The notes: a model not told the origin generated them from the letters alone. DNA of 64,000 nucleotides from an uncultured Clostridia bacterium (GCA_937921505.1 CAKZUB010000010.1:25633-89632), one strand, 5' to 3'; numbered from the stretch's first letter, positions 9,130 through 19,568 are shown. Program-made: numbers and translations.

Positions 9130-10896
9130 CTAATAGATGCTAACTTCAAAAATGCGAGCACTTTCATCACCATTTGTTGCATGAACCAAGATGCGCAAGT
9201 GATTAATTTGAAGCGTATCTTCTAGAGCGTGCTTTTTAAAGCGCAAATAGTTATCACATACATCTATTTGGTGTACTAAATTTCCTTCATGATACAATAA
9301 GATAGAGTAATCCTTAACCAGCTCTTTGGGAATCCCTTTTTCTTGGCCTTCAAGACCATTGTTAAACATGGAAAGCATCAATTGTTTGGATAAATTAGAG
9401 TCAAATTTGATTTCAATGTCTTTTGCCAAAATAGCTGTGTCAAAATGTAAATTTACCCATTGAGGTCCAGATGAAAGTGGAGCCGATACCCAACAATTGC
9501 TGACTTCATGAACCGCCCTAGAGATGCCATTATTAAGATAAGTGCATTCAAAACCTTGCAGCTGGGAAGAAGCTGTTAGAGTAGCTTTTTTAGCTAAATC
9601 ATTGGGATTATGGTTTGCAATGCCCGGAATATAAGCATCATCTCGTAAAAGCTGATGTTGCAACTTAGAGATGTTGGCTTGAAGCGCGCGGGGAAGACAA
9701 GCGTTTTGAATAGAAAGTGCAGCAGCAGTACCTACGGCTTGCCCTACGACTGCACAAGTTCCCATCACACGCGTAGAACCAAAAGCCATATGAGAAGCAC
9801 TAATGGCTCTGCCTGCGATCATGAGATTGGCAATATCTTTTGAATACAAACTTCTATAAGGAATGCCATAAACATTAGGCACATGAATAAATTCAGTAGG
9901 TTCCATTCGAGTTCTAAGCCCACCAGCAGCATGCATATCCATTGGCCAGCCACCATAAGCCACCACATCTTCAAATGCCCGAGTCTGGGCTAAATCCTTT
10001 TCATTTAGAACGTAGTCTCCAAGGATGCGTCTGCTTTCTCTTTTGCCTGGCAAAAAGCCTATCCAATCGAGAACATAACAATCTGCGCCATGGTCTCCAC
10101 CATTTTTGATATGATCCCATACACCATAAACAGCTTTTAGAAGCTCATCTCTCAGTTTCTCACCATTAGCAATGACATCAAGGTCTTCGCCACCAAGTTC
10201 AATCCACCAATAATTAAAACCACTAGCGCCATGCTCACGTCCTTGTAGATCCTCTTCGGTATAAGTATTAGCCCAGGAGGGTTTAACAAAAGGAACAGGG
10301 TATCCCATATCTATAGTCTTAAATAGCAATGTATTTCCCATTGTAATATGATCTTCTTTTTCAGGAGCATGAGGTTCGTTATAGGTATCACGGCTTTCAC
10401 GGCCAACTCTATAAGATGCACCCGCGTAGTGTGCGAGTGTCCCATCTCCTGTAGCATCTACAAAGAGTGTACCATTTATTTGAAATTGTTTTTCTGTAGT
10501 AAGCTGCATGGCAATAATGGCTTCGATCTGATCCTCCTTTTTTAACAAATCAGTCATTTGTGTATTAAGATACAGATCTAGATGTTCTTGAAAAGTAGCT
10601 TTTTCCCATAGTATAGTATCAAAAACAGAATAGGAATACTGAGGATTGAGTTTTCTATTTTCTAGTAAAATTTCTTCTAAAATACCAGTTTCGCGGGCAT
10701 TGGGGCGATGACCATGGTTATCAGCCCCACAAATATGCATGCGAATTTCAGAGCTTGCATTACCACCTAAAACAGGTCGGTTATGGATAAGAGCTGTATG
10801 AGCACCACCACGAGCGCAGGCGAGAGCTGCGCAAAGACCAGATAAACCGCCACCGACAACAACAACGTCATATTTTTTTTGAATAAGTTCAGACAT
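9130..10896 (-). CDS. FAD-dependent oxidoreductase (FAD_oxidored type) with C-terminal beta-sandwich domain
   Basis: VVGGGLSG, LGGNASSE, DATGDG, RESRRILGDY, GRAISASH...STRVMGT. Confidence 0.85.
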   Translation of the reverse strand: MSELIQKKYDVVVVGGGLSGLCAALACARGGAHTALIHNRPVLGGNASSEIRMHICGADNHGHRPNARETGILEEILLENRKLNPQYSYSVFDTILWEKATFQEHLDLYLNTQMTDLLKKEDQIEAIIAMQLTTEKQFQINGTLFVDATGDGTLAHYAGASYRVGRESRDTYNEPHAPEKEDHITMGNTLLFKTIDMGYPVPFVKPSWANTYTEEDLQGREHGASGFNYWWIELGGEDLDVIANGEKLRDELLKAVYGVWDHIKNGGDHGADCYVLDWIGFLPGKRESRRILGDYVLNEKDLAQTRAFEDVVAYGGWPMDMHAAGGLRTRMEPTEFIHVPNVYGIPYRSLYSKDIANLMIAGRAISASHMAFGSTRVMGTCAVVGQAVGTAAALSIQNACLPRALQANISKLQHQLLRDDAYIPGIANHNPNDLAKKATLTASSQLQGFECTYLNNGISRAVHEVSNCWVSAPLSSGPQWVNLHFDTAILAKDIEIKFDSNLSKQLMLSMFNNGLEGQEKGIPKELVKDYSILLYHEGNLVHQIDVCDNYLRFKKHALEDTLQINHLRILVHATNGDESARIFEVSIY

Positions 10897-10962
10897 CTGG
10901 ATTCCTCCTTAGATTTTTTGATGAGATACTATAGAGTATAGTCCTTGAAGAACCAGTTTACC

Positions 10963-10997
10963 TTTAAAAAAGTGCAGGTTATCTTAAAAAAAATGCA
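10963..10997. promoter_or_regulatory. Candidate AraC-type direct-repeat operator
   Basis: TTAAAAAAGTGCA and TAAAAAAAATGCA about 20 bp apart, between the divergent oxidoreductase and AraC genes. Confidence 0.45.
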
Positions 10998-11035
10998 CAG
11001 CTTATTTAAAAGATGATATAATGAGATAAAGAGAG

Positions 11036-11950
11036 ATGAAAAGGGGTGGAGAGGTGAACTATTCAGGAATGACAGAGTTTCTTGAGCAATTTCAAAGGGA
11101 AAGTGGCCTCAAAGTTGTCATTAAAGACTTTGTAGGACTATTTGAGATGGAACAAGACTTATTTAGAGCCGTGCAGAATTTTTATATACACAACACACCT
11201 TTTTGTATGGCAATTAAGGAGAGCCAAAGGTTATGGGGCTATTGTATGCTAGAGAAAAAAATGATTTATCAAAGACTACTTAGAGAACCTGTACCCTTTT
11301 TTGGTTTTTGTTATGCAGGTGTTGGAGAATATATTTTGCCTGTTTTACATGAAGGCATGGTGATCGCGGCGCTTACCATCGGGGGCTTTCCGCTAGAGCC
11401 AGAAGTATTTGAAAAAAAAATAGCAAGTCTTACAAAAAGGAATGGACTAGATGAAAAAAGGCTCTCGCGAGCTTATCACGACAGTATCATTCAATATAAA
11501 GTAGACTTAGAACCCCATATGAAAAAGCTGGAAATTATTGTTGAATATTTAAGCTTAATTTATCAGGGGACAAGAGGTAAAGAAAAACAAGGTATGCAAA
11601 ATAAGGAGATGAGCATAAGTCGGACTTATATACTATCGCATGCTATGGAGTATATCAAGCTGCATCATAAAGAAGAAGTAAAGCTCGAAGAGTTGGCAAA
11701 GTTTTGTCATTGCTCTAAGTCTTATATCAGTCATCAATTTAAATGCTATACCAAAATGACTGTCAAAACCTACATGAATCAGCTTAGAATCAACTCAGCA
11801 AAAGAGTTGATGAAAAGTGAAAAGTCTATCACAGAAATCGCATTTTTAGTAGGGTTTAAAGATAGCAACTATTTTTCAAAGGTGTTTAAGCAGTTAGAAC
11901 AGACAACACCAACAGCGTACAGAAGTCATTTTGGGGAGGTCATTAAGTGA
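11036..11950 (+). CDS. AraC-family regulator with PocR-like sensor domain
   Basis: HNTPFC...CYAGVGEYILPV (PocR-like); C-terminal double HTH (IAFLVGFKDSNYFSKVFK). Confidence 0.88.
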   Translation: MKRGGEVNYSGMTEFLEQFQRESGLKVVIKDFVGLFEMEQDLFRAVQNFYIHNTPFCMAIKESQRLWGYCMLEKKMIYQRLLREPVPFFGFCYAGVGEYILPVLHEGMVIAALTIGGFPLEPEVFEKKIASLTKRNGLDEKRLSRAYHDSIIQYKVDLEPHMKKLEIIVEYLSLIYQGTRGKEKQGMQNKEMSISRTYILSHAMEYIKLHHKEEVKLEELAKFCHCSKSYISHQFKCYTKMTVKTYMNQLRINSAKELMKSEKSITEIAFLVGFKDSNYFSKVFKQLEQTTPTAYRSHFGEVIK

Positions 11951-13716
11951 AAAATAAAACACTTCAATTTAAGTTTATGTTATCTATTTTGATCGTGGTC
12001 ATTATACCCCTTTTGGTGACCCCTATCTTAGGCTATATTTATACAAGTCATATTTTAAGGGATAAGCTTGTTGCCTTAAACAATCAAAATCTTGAAGCTG
12101 TGTCAGAGGGCGTCAATCAAGTTATTGATAATGTTATTATTGCGTCTAATGTGATCGTTTTAGATTCAAGAATCGGACAAATCCTTCAAAACCCATCTCA
12201 AAATACAAGCGGTCGTTTAGCACAAGGAAGATTTGTTGAGAGTGTACTAAAAAATGTAGAAGCAAGTAACCTATATCCTTATAATGTTGAGACGGTGCTT
12301 ATCGATCTTAAGGGAAAAGCCTATCGTACGAGCATTGAAGAACATAGAGGTGAGGTAGATTATCTAAATGAAAAGTGGTTTAGAGATGCAATTGAAAATA
12401 AGGGGTATTTTATTTGGATCGGGACAGAAATGAAGAATATGAATTACCAGGGTGGTATTACAATGGTGAGGTTAGTAAAAGAAAATTACCATACGCCCAT
12501 TGGTGTGCTTCTTATTCATATATATCCTGAGAAAAAAGTGAAAAATTTACTCATTAGAGAAGAAGAAGTTGAAGGTACTTCACGGTATCTTATCGATGCG
12601 AGCAACGATATCATTTTAAGATCTAGGATGGATATAGACGATGATTTAGTACCATCAATGCTCTTGACACTTGAAGGTAAGAATTCTATCATCACAGATA
12701 TTAAGGGTGAAAAAATGCTTGTTTCTAGTCAATCTATTAAAAAAACGAATTGGTCTATTTTGCAGATGGTACCTTATAAATCTATTATGGTAGATGTGGG
12801 CAATTACCGAGATCTTATTATCATCACAAATATTTTATCTGCAGTAGTGATGATGCTTATTGCTTTTTTAGTTACTAAAAAGGTGACAAAGGCTATCAGT
12901 GGATTAAGCTTTTTTATGGAAAAGGTAACGGCAGGTAACTTTAATGTTAAATCTAATATATCTGGAAGCTATGAAGTGAATCAGCTTAGCAGCAGTTTCA
13001 ATAAAATGGTGGATCGTATTGAGGAGCTAGTGACACAAGTGGCTTATGAAACAGAGCAAAGACAACAAACCAAATTAGAAGCGCTGCAGGCACAGATTAA
13101 TCCTCACTTTTTATTAAACACACTCAATGGTATCAAGTGGTTATGTGTGATTGAAAGTGCTAAAACAGCAGAGAAAATGCTCATTTCATTAGGCTTTTTA
13201 TTAGAAAACTCTTTGGGAAGATATGACGAGCTTATTACTATAGAGGAAGAAATGAAATGTCTTGAGAATTATTGTGAACTTCAAAAAATGAGATATGGCA
13301 AAAAGTTTGAATTGCACCATGAAGTAGAAGAGACCTTAAGACAGATTAAAGTACCTGTTCTACTTTTGCAGCCTATTGTTGAAAATAGTATTCTTCATGC
13401 TTTTGAAGATATGGAAGAAATGGGAATGATAAGTATTTCTATACAAGAAGTCTCTGAATATGTTAAAATAGTCATCAAAGACAATGGAATTGGCATAGAT
13501 CAAGGTAATATTAACCAACTCTTATCTGTATATCCTCAGAAAAATAAGTATAGTAGTATGGGCATGAGAAATGTTAGAGACCGTATTAAACTCTATTATG
13601 GACAGCAATGTGATATGGTCATAGAAAGTGATGTTGGAATGGGAACGCAGACGACTCTTACTATTTTAAAAGAGATAAAAAAGAGGAGCGATGATGATGA
13701 AGGTATTAATCGTTGA
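11947..13716 (+). CDS. YesM-like sensor histidine kinase
   Basis: Two TMs, Cache and HAMP domains, LQAQINPHFLLNTL, LQPIVENSILH, DNGIG. Confidence 0.92.
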   Translation: MKNKTLQFKFMLSILIVVIIPLLVTPILGYIYTSHILRDKLVALNNQNLEAVSEGVNQVIDNVIIASNVIVLDSRIGQILQNPSQNTSGRLAQGRFVESVLKNVEASNLYPYNVETVLIDLKGKAYRTSIEEHRGEVDYLNEKWFRDAIENKGYFIWIGTEMKNMNYQGGITMVRLVKENYHTPIGVLLIHIYPEKKVKNLLIREEEVEGTSRYLIDASNDIILRSRMDIDDDLVPSMLLTLEGKNSIITDIKGEKMLVSSQSIKKTNWSILQMVPYKSIMVDVGNYRDLIIITNILSAVVMMLIAFLVTKKVTKAISGLSFFMEKVTAGNFNVKSNISGSYEVNQLSSSFNKMVDRIEELVTQVAYETEQRQQTKLEALQAQINPHFLLNTLNGIKWLCVIESAKTAEKMLISLGFLLENSLGRYDELITIEEEMKCLENYCELQKMRYGKKFELHHEVEETLRQIKVPVLLLQPIVENSILHAFEDMEEMGMISISIQEVSEYVKIVIKDNGIGIDQGNINQLLSVYPQKNKYSSMGMRNVRDRIKLYYGQQCDMVIESDVGMGTQTTLTILKEIKKRSDDDEGINR

Positions 13717-14761
13717 TGACGAAATACTCGTTCGAAAAGGTGTTTCGATGGGGGTTAATTGGTCGGAACTTGGGTTTGATGAGGTCAAAGAAGCAAGTAA
13801 TGGTTTAGAAGCCTTAACTTATGCAAAAACAGCTTACCCAGAACTAGTACTTACAGATATTAAAATGCCTAAAATGGATGGATTAGAGCTTATTGATGCG
13901 CTGAAAAAACATTGCCCAGATACAATCGTTATTGTGTTAAGCTGTATTAATGATAGTGAATATATTAGAGAAGCTATGAAATTTAATCGTGCATTAGATT
14001 ATATTCCCAAACTTTCTATGAGTACTGAGGAGCTTATAGAAGTGGTTAAAAGAGCTAAAAATTATATTAAAGAATCACCAGCAATTCTCCCCCAAAAAGG
14101 AGTGACTTCAGAAATTCATATTTTCAACCACGAAAAAGAAGTCTTATTAAGACAGGCTATAGAAAGTAATGATTTGATTGAAATGAAAAATATAATTAAA
14201 CAATGCTTTAAAGAGGCTAAAGCACAGAGTTATTCTTTAGAACAATTTATAGATTGGCATGAAATATATGCTTTGCTAAGCAGCATGCTTAAGAGGCAGC
14301 ATGGGAATATGAATACGCTGCGTTTTAAAAATCAGAAGGCTTATGACTATCTAAGACAAAGTAATAGCCTAAATCAGATGGAAACAAGATTTTTAGATAT
14401 AATGACAGTGTATATTGATGAATTAAAACTTCTCAAAAACAAAGTGTTCAGTAAAGAAATTAACGAAGCCATCGCTTATATTAATAAAAATTATCAAAGG
14501 CCTCTCAAGCTTACTGATATTGCACATCATGTGGGTATGAATGAGTCTTATGTCTCGCGGTTATTTAAGAAATGTTTAAATATTAATTTTGTAGATTATT
14601 TAAACCATATAAGAGTAAGTAAGGCGAAGGAACTCCTCATACAGCAACAACTGTCTGTATCAGAAATAGCGTATCAAGTAGGCTATCAAAATGAGAGTTA
14701 TTTCAGCCGGATTTTTAAGGCTATTGAAGGGGTTAGCCCAAAGCAATATTTGAAAAGATAG
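13691..14761 (+). CDS. YesN-like response regulator (REC + AraC HTH)
   Basis: VLIVDDE, TDIKMPKMDG; C-terminal GYQNESYFSRIFK. Confidence 0.92.
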   Translation: MMMKVLIVDDEILVRKGVSMGVNWSELGFDEVKEASNGLEALTYAKTAYPELVLTDIKMPKMDGLELIDALKKHCPDTIVIVLSCINDSEYIREAMKFNRALDYIPKLSMSTEELIEVVKRAKNYIKESPAILPQKGVTSEIHIFNHEKEVLLRQAIESNDLIEMKNIIKQCFKEAKAQSYSLEQFIDWHEIYALLSSMLKRQHGNMNTLRFKNQKAYDYLRQSNSLNQMETRFLDIMTVYIDELKLLKNKVFSKEINEAIAYINKNYQRPLKLTDIAHHVGMNESYVSRLFKKCLNINFVDYLNHIRVSKAKELLIQQQLSVSEIAYQVGYQNESYFSRIFKAIEGVSPKQYLKR

Positions 14762-14923
14762 TACATTTTTGACAAAAATCTGTACTATCTTTTCTTTATT
14801 AAAACCAGAGTAAAAATTGTGCATAAAGCAAACAGAATCCTTCATTAACTGTAATTATAAGAAGTGCTACAATTATGTTGTAAGAAATAGTGAAAGTTGA
14901 ATAAAATAAAGGGAGGATTTAAA

Positions 14924-16297
14924 ATGAAAAAATTAATAGCCATAGGATTAACGTTTTTAATGACGGCATCAGTGTTTAGTGGTTGTGCTAGCAAACAAAA
15001 TGTTGAAACGCCAACGAAGAGTCCAGCAGCAACTGCTGAAAAAGCAAAAACACCTGACGCTCAAGAACCAGTAAAGTTAATAGTGTGGGGAGCTGTACCA
15101 GCTGAATCAGGACCAGACGCACTTGCAGAAGCATGGAACGCAGAAAATCCAAATATTCAAGTTGAATATGTAAGATTTGTTAATGATGATACAGGTAATA
15201 CAAAGTTAGATACAGCTTTACTCTCTGGAGAGCAAATTGACCTTTATTTTACTTACAATATAGGTAATATGAAAAAGAGAGTGGATGGGGGAATGATGGA
15301 ACCGTTAGAAGGCTACGGTGCCATTGATTTCGCAAAAGAAAATATTGTAGGTGGAGACAGCGGACTCGTTAAAATTGATGATGTACTCTATGGTTTGCCA
15401 ACAGCTAAAGAACCTGTAGGCATTATGTTGAACAAAAATATGCTAGATGCTAAAGGAATTGTTATTCCAGAAAACTGGACAGTAGAAGATTTTCATGAAG
15501 TAGCGAAGCAGCTTACTGGAGAAGTAGATGGTAAAAAAGTTTATGGAACTTCTGCGTATTATTCGGGCTTGCCTATTGATTTTGCTGCAAGCGTGTTAGG
15601 TAGTGACAGTAGATATAAAAATGGTGGGGCTGAAAGTAATTTTGATGCACCAGAATTTGTTCATACTGCTAATTTAAAAGACCTTATGGATAAGGGTTTT
15701 GCAATGCCTTATGAAGAAGTTATTACTAGAAAATTAGATGCCTATGCACATCCAGCATTCTTAGGCGGAGAAGTAGGTTCTATGGCTTTCTCAGCTTGGT
15801 TGTTAAGATATATTAAGGACCTAGAAAACTTCCCACATGATTTTGTTACAACATTTGCACCAATGCCTACAACACAAAAAGGTGTTAAGAATCCTTACCA
15901 AGTAACTTTAAACAACCACATATCCATTAATAGCAATTCAAAACATAAAGAAGAAGCTTGGAGGTTTATGCAGTATTGGCTTACAGATGGCGCTAAATAT
16001 ATGTATGCAGGAGGCAAGATCCCTGTATGGAATAAGACAGATGCTGATGAAGCAACAGCGGGTATTTTAGGAGAAAATCCAGAAAAATTATTTGATGTAG
16101 AAGCTTATAAAAAAGTTATGCTTAATCCAGAAATGCTTCCTATAGTAGACACTATTACAATAGCAGGTCCACAAATTAATCAGATTCATAAAGAAGAAAG
16201 TGAAATATACTTCCTTGGCAACACGACAAAAGAACAGTATTTGAAAAATATCAAAGAGCGTTCAGATCAAGCTATTAAAGAAGAATCAGGCAAATAA
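14924..16297 (+). CDS. Carbohydrate ABC transporter substrate-binding lipoprotein
   Basis: Lipobox FSG-C; family-1 SBP features; GGAGG RBS. Confidence 0.88.
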   Translation: MKKLIAIGLTFLMTASVFSGCASKQNVETPTKSPAATAEKAKTPDAQEPVKLIVWGAVPAESGPDALAEAWNAENPNIQVEYVRFVNDDTGNTKLDTALLSGEQIDLYFTYNIGNMKKRVDGGMMEPLEGYGAIDFAKENIVGGDSGLVKIDDVLYGLPTAKEPVGIMLNKNMLDAKGIVIPENWTVEDFHEVAKQLTGEVDGKKVYGTSAYYSGLPIDFAASVLGSDSRYKNGGAESNFDAPEFVHTANLKDLMDKGFAMPYEEVITRKLDAYAHPAFLGGEVGSMAFSAWLLRYIKDLENFPHDFVTTFAPMPTTQKGVKNPYQVTLNNHISINSNSKHKEEAWRFMQYWLTDGAKYMYAGGKIPVWNKTDADEATAGILGENPEKLFDVEAYKKVMLNPEMLPIVDTITIAGPQINQIHKEESEIYFLGNTTKEQYLKNIKERSDQAIKEESGK

Positions 16298-16310
16298 TTT
16301 TAAGTATAAC

Positions 16311-16337
16311 TTTCGGCTGATAACTTATCAGCCGAAA
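16311..16337 (+). other. Intra-operon stem-loop after the SBP gene
   Basis: Perfect IR TTTCGGCTGATAA-C-TTATCAGCCGAAA. Confidence 0.7.
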
Positions 16338-16356
16338 ATTTTCTGGAGGTGATTGG

Positions 16357-17244
16357 ATGAAGCGCAAGAAAAAAATTAATTGGACGGCCATCCTATTTGT
16401 TGCACCTAATTTTATAGGTTTTGTTATTTTTATTCTACTGCCTGTATTGTTTTCTTTTGTTGTTAGTTTTACGGATTTTAACATTTATAAAGGATTTGGT
16501 GGCACAAAATTTGTGGGGCTTGAAAATTATATGAATATGTTTAAAGACAGTTGGTTTATAGCCGCACTTAGTAATAATATGAAGTTTACTGTGGGAACAA
16601 TCCCCATTGTTATTGGGTTATCTATTGTGATTGCAACTATTTTAAATGATAAAGTTTATGGCAAAAATGCAATGAGAGTTCTTATTTTTATTCCATATAT
16701 ATCTAGTGTAGTGGCCATATCAGTTATATGGACGATGCTTTATAATCCTTCACAAGGTGTCATCAATCAAGTGCTTAGAGGGATTGGTATTCAGAATACG
16801 CCAGGTTGGCTTGGCAGTACGACATGGGCTCTTCCTGCGATAATGATTGTCTCTATTTGGGCCGGGATTGGCTATAATACAATTGTTTATATGGCGGGGC
16901 TACAAGGTATTGATAAATCTTTGTACGAAGCTGCTGAGATTGATGGGGCAAATGCACTGCAGTCATTTTTTCGTGTAACAGTGCCTATGCTTAGAAGTAC
17001 CACCTTTTTTCTCTTAATTACGAATATTATTGGCTCCTTTCAAGTATTTGGCATGGTCAACATCATGACAGGTGGAGGACCAGGTACGTCAACTACGGTT
17101 ATGGCGCAGTATATATATATAGCAGGATTTAGATACAATAAAATGGGGTATGCAGCAGCTATGGCTTGGTTCTTATTAGGCTTAATTCTTATGGTAACCC
17201 TTGTTCAGTGGAAGGTTCAAAACAGATTTGAAAAATCAATGTAA
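16357..17244 (+). CDS. Carbohydrate ABC permease
   Basis: EAA loop LYEAAEIDGA; multiple TMs. Confidence 0.92.
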   Translation: MKRKKKINWTAILFVAPNFIGFVIFILLPVLFSFVVSFTDFNIYKGFGGTKFVGLENYMNMFKDSWFIAALSNNMKFTVGTIPIVIGLSIVIATILNDKVYGKNAMRVLIFIPYISSVVAISVIWTMLYNPSQGVINQVLRGIGIQNTPGWLGSTTWALPAIMIVSIWAGIGYNTIVYMAGLQGIDKSLYEAAEIDGANALQSFFRVTVPMLRSTTFFLLITNIIGSFQVFGMVNIMTGGGPGTSTTVMAQYIYIAGFRYNKMGYAAAMAWFLLGLILMVTLVQWKVQNRFEKSM

Positions 17245-17256
17245 AGGAGACAAATT

Positions 17257-18090
17257 ATGAAAAGACAAGATGTTAATAAGATTTTAATGACAGTGATCGC
17301 AGCAATAATTTGCCTCTTGATCATATACCCATTTATATGGATGTTTGCATCCGCCTTTAAGCCTTTAGCAGAAATTTATCAATTTCCGCCTAAGTTGATT
17401 ACTGAGAATATGAGTTTAAAGAATTTCCAGCATGTGCTTTTTAATCAAAACCCCTCTTTTTTATTGTATTTTAAAAATACAGTGATTGTAACAGTGGTTT
17501 CAGTTGTAGGGACGCTGCTTACATCTTCTATGGCTGGATATGCCTTTGCAAAGATGGAATTTAAGTTTAGAGATAAAATGTTTTTATTATATTTATGTAC
17601 GATGATGGTACCCTTTCAAGTGCTTATGGTACCCCAATTTATACAGTTTAAGTTTATGGGATTATTTAATACCTTAGCAGTACTTATTCTGCCAAGACTA
17701 TTTTCACCGCTTAGTACATTTCTGATGAGACAGTTTTTTGTAGATATTCCTGATGAAATTATTGAGGCTGGACGTATTGATGGAGCAAGTGAAGCTAAGA
17801 TTTTCTGGAGACTTATTTTACCACTGGCAAAGCCTTCGATGGCTACTATCGCCATTTTAAACTTTGTATGGCGTTGGAACGAATATGAAGCACCACTTAT
17901 CTTTTTAACAGATAAAAAGTTGTATACTTTAACGGTTGGACTTACTAATTTCATTGATGAAGCAGGTTTCTCCCTCGATCACTTAGTTATTGCAGGAGCA
18001 ACTGTCGCTATGTTACCTATTTTAATCATCTTTTTAATAGGTCAGCGTTATATGATTGAAGGGCTTACATCAGGCAGTGTTAAAGGATAA
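17257..18090 (+). CDS. Carbohydrate ABC permease
   Basis: IIEAGRIDGA; C-terminal GSVKG. Confidence 0.92.
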   Translation: MKRQDVNKILMTVIAAIICLLIIYPFIWMFASAFKPLAEIYQFPPKLITENMSLKNFQHVLFNQNPSFLLYFKNTVIVTVVSVVGTLLTSSMAGYAFAKMEFKFRDKMFLLYLCTMMVPFQVLMVPQFIQFKFMGLFNTLAVLILPRLFSPLSTFLMRQFFVDIPDEIIEAGRIDGASEAKIFWRLILPLAKPSMATIAILNFVWRWNEYEAPLIFLTDKKLYTLTVGLTNFIDEAGFSLDHLVIAGATVAMLPILIIFLIGQRYMIEGLTSGSVKG

Positions 18091-18094
18091 AATC

Positions 18095-18133
18095 AAACAA
18101 ACCCCCATCTTAAGTTGAGATGGGGGTTTGTTT
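18095..18133 (+). terminator. Intrinsic terminator
   Basis: AAACAAACCCCCATCT / AGATGGGGGTTTGTTT. Confidence 0.85.
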
Positions 18134-18190
18134 AATAAATCACAAATAAGTGGTAGAATAGTCTTAATAGTAATGATTTGGGGGAATTAT

Positions 18191-18265
18191 ATGATAAAAG
18201 TAGCTGTATGTGAAGATAAAGCATTTTTCAGGACTCAATTAGAGAGGTTAATCAGGGGTATTTAA
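18191..18265 (+). pseudogene. Truncated LytTR/AgrA-type response regulator (start of receiver domain)
   Basis: MIKVAVCEDKAFFRTQLERLIRGI-stop after a GGGGG RBS; matches the MIxIAICDD receiver start. Confidence 0.6.
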
Positions 18266-18281
18266 TTAATCTTTTTTACTG

Positions 18282-18308
18282 TGAAGTGCCCTGATTTAAG
18301 TGGACAGA
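18282..18308. mobile_element. Isolated IS3-family-like terminal inverted repeat
   Basis: TGAAGTGCCCTGATTTAAGTGGACAGA resembles IS3-family ends (5'-TG..GCCC..GGACA); no transposase nearby. Confidence 0.5.
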
Positions 18309-18312
18309 GGTA

Positions 18313-19044
18313 TTGAAGATTATTGCAATGGCTGTAATATTTGCTGTAATGGTTTCTTTTATTCACAATATATTAAAAGATTTAATTTCAAGTTTTCTAG
18401 GTTTATTCTTTTCAGGATTACTATATGAATCAATTAGTTTTATATTATCATTAATATTTATTTTGCTAATTCTCAAGAAGATAAGTAAAAAGCATCTAGA
18501 CTTTCCGCAACACAGTTGGTCTAATTGGACTACCAACATATGGCTTGGCATTTCAGTTGTGATGATTCTAAGCTATTTGCTCATTTATAATAATACACTA
18601 GGTATACTTGTTTCATATTTACCGATTAATCCATTATTTCAATCATTTCAAGAAAGCCCAGAATTCAATATTAATTATATTGTTTTTGGAGTAATTATTA
18701 ATGGACCAATTGTAGAAGAGGTGGTTAGTAGAGGAATTATAATACAGAAATTACAAAAACGGTTTTCACAATACAAAGTGATTTTAATCAGTGCACTAAC
18801 TTTTGCAACCGTACATTTTGATATACAGCAAGGTATTAATGCATTTTTTATAGGATGTATTTTAGGCTATATATATTTAAAAACAAAATCCCTTTTACTC
18901 TGTATATTTTTACATATATTAAATAATGCATATATAATATTATGTTAGATATATCCTAATTATTTATATCAGATGAACGATGAATTTGACATGAAAGAGT
19001 TAGCTGTTGGACTAGGTTTATTAATGGTAGCTTTTTTTGTTTAA
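18313..19044 (+). pseudogene. CPBP/CAAX-family intramembrane protease, probably degraded
   Basis: GPIVEEVVSRG, FATVH, HILNN motifs; TTG start directly after the IS-like end; in-frame TAG at 18946-18948 followed by 31 more sense codons including a TM segment. Confidence 0.65.
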
Positions 19045-19199
19045 AGTACTTTGGCCTCATAGAAACAGATGAGATAGATAAGGAGAAAAAAGCTATCAGA
19101 TTAGATTTCAAGGTACCACGCAAAAAGTGTTAATGGTTTAACTCAAACACTAACGCAGTTGACTCAATCTATGTGAATATTATGTGGAGGAATATGATA

Positions 19200-19568
19200 A
19201 TGAATAATAAGTTTATAACAATAGGTCTTTTAAGTTCTTTACTTGGCATTCTAGCAAAATCTGCATATAGAGAATTCATATATGTAAATAACTTTGTTGA
19301 TTTTGGAATAGCAGACAGTTTGCCGAGTTTTTTATTTGTAGTTGGGACAACGTTTATTGGTCTCACTTTTATCGAAAACAAAAAAGAAAAGAAAGTAGTT
19401 GGGATGATTTCATTTATAACTGTAGGAGCTCTACTGTACGAGTTAGAACAAATTTTCACACCTATGTCATTTGATATTAAAGATGTAGTAGCCACTATAC
19501 TAGGCGGGTTAGTATCATTGTTTTTGTATAAATATATCTTGAAAAAATACCAAGCAAAAACGCTATAA
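19200..19568 (+). CDS. Hypothetical membrane protein (about 4 TM)
   Basis: GGAGG RBS; LLYELEQIF...FDIKDVVATILG. Confidence 0.65.
   Translation: MNNKFITIGLLSSLLGILAKSAYREFIYVNNFVDFGIADSLPSFLFVVGTTFIGLTFIENKKEKKVVGMISFITVGALLYELEQIFTPMSFDIKDVVATILGGLVSLFLYKYILKKYQAKTL

Noticed and set aside
18946-18948. In-frame TAG as pyrrolysine recoding
   Set aside because: No pyl genes in the window, and the surrounding decay (IS-like end, T-run frameshift) makes a nonsense mutation simpler
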